Shown here piece after piece: positions 62,948 through 64,000 of a DNA stretch of 64,000 bases. The translations under genes were made by a program, and so were the position numbers. The notes beneath the pieces are model-generated. The model had not been told where the DNA came from. It saw only the letters and a list, made by a program, of their open reading frames with translations, and made no database searches. The stretch comes from Laetmonice hystrix. Lineage: Eukaryota. The stretch covers positions 9,734,001 to 9,798,000 of the forward strand of contig OZ249438.1 of the NCBI GenBank assembly GCA_965235115.1, given 5' to 3'. How positions within the stretch are numbered: position 1 is the first letter of the stretch; each line of letters opens with the position of its first letter.

Positions 62948-63234
62948 CCGTAACTTCCCCTACCCCGATGCAGTCAAGCACGGGGTGGTCCCTTCCCTCC
63001 CTTGTAGACATCCTTCTACTATCACCCTTCCGCCTGGCCGGAGCAGTCCAAAGCTGGCCATGTCATGCAGGGATAAATAATAAGATGATTATGCTGCCAG
63101 GTTTGGTGAAGCGTCCAATTGGCGGGTTTGGAGACCGAGCGCCGTACGTAATTGATTATGACGTGTGATTGGTCATCCTCCTCCTGTAGGTGTCCGGTCA
63201 CGTGGTTCGGTTCGCGAGGTCGGGGCGGTTTTAG

Positions 63235-63805
63235 GTGTTGTGTGACGGGTCGCTGTATGTTTCAGGTGTTGAGTAACGGGTCGCTATAGGCTATGTTTCA
63301 GGTGTTTAGTAACGGGCCACTCTATGTTTTAGGTGTTGAGTAACAATATGTTTCAGGTGTTGAGTAACGGGTCGCTGTATGTTTTAGGTGTTCTGTGACG
63401 GGTCGCTATATGTTTCAGGTGTTTAGTAACGGGTCGCTCTATGTTTCAGGTGTTGAGTAACAATATGTTTCAGGTGTTGAGTAACGGGTCGCTGTATGTT
63501 TTAGGTGTTGAGTAACGGGTCGCTGTATGTTTCAGGTGTTGAGTAACGGATCGCTCTATGTTTTATGTGTTCTGTGACGGGTCGCTGTATGTTTTATGTG
63601 TTCTGTGACGGGTCGCTCTATGTTTCAGGTGTTGAGTAACGGGTCGCTGTATGTTTTATGTGTTCTGTGACGGGTCGCTCTATGTTTCAGGTGTTGAGTA
63701 ATGGGTCGCTCTATGTTTCAGGTGTTGAGTAACGGGTCGCTGTATGTTTCAGGTGTTGAGTAACGGGTCGCTCTATGTTTCAGGTGTTGAGTAACGGATC
63801 GCTGT
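63235..63805 (+). repeat. 31-bp array (~18 copies) spanning the acceptor of exon F
   Basis: atgtttcag|gtgttgagtaacgggtcgctgt; consecutive acceptor copies start at 63691, 63722, 63753 and 63784 (real). Confidence 0.95.
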
Positions 63806-63904
63806 ACGTATCGGAGGTTTACATGGAGGACATGGGGAAGTACGGCTGCACGGCTGGGAATAGTGGCGGCTTCGAGCGCGAAGAGATCTACCTACACGTC
63901 GGCA
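63784..63904 (+). CDS. PTK7: PTK7-like exon F (second half of Ig7)
   Basis: tttcag|GTG acceptor, ggca|gtaagt donor; 121 nt (phase 0 to 1). Encodes VLSNGSLYVSEVYMEDMGKYGCTAGNSGGFEREEIYLHVG; resembles human NGSLVIHDVAPEDSGRYTCIAGNS. TM and pseudokinase exons are expected beyond the window. Confidence 0.9.
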
Positions 63905-64000
63905 GTAAGTGTTACTTACCCCTGACCCTTTCCCACTCTCACCTACCTGGGGTGTCTGTGGGGGGTTGTGTAGGACAGCTTTGTTAGTGCACAGTTTACG

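Noticed and set aside
61137-63080. 647-aa Cys-rich ORF (LARCGQSLS)n
   Set aside because: Non-ATG start, 27-bp minisatellite open in several frames, inside the E-F intron.

Overview
Eukaryotic (metazoan, probably invertebrate bilaterian; inferred from protein divergence, SINE type and abundant CpG) genomic DNA. It is almost entirely intronic sequence of one + strand multi-Ig receptor gene that I identify as a PTK7/CCK4/off-track orthologue. Six exons (31354-31520, 44997-45133, 49765-49915, 51495-51782, 52750-52901, 63784-63904) have canonical AG/GT ends, join in compatible phases and give one stop-free chain covering the end of Ig4 through Ig7. None of the long ORFs in the supplied track is a credible gene; they are read-throughs of tandem repeats. 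By rough summation about one third of the window (~21 kb) is made of more than 35 mutually unrelated minisatellite arrays. The rest includes tRNA-SINE fragments, MITE/foldback-like elements and a 376-N assembly gap. The most striking structure is that 5 of the 6 exons have their 3' splice site embedded in a tandem array whose unit is the splice acceptor itself, usually plus the first bases of the exon. This creates stacks of decoy acceptors, and one exon also has decoy donors. The in-frame decoys I traced all run into a stop codon.
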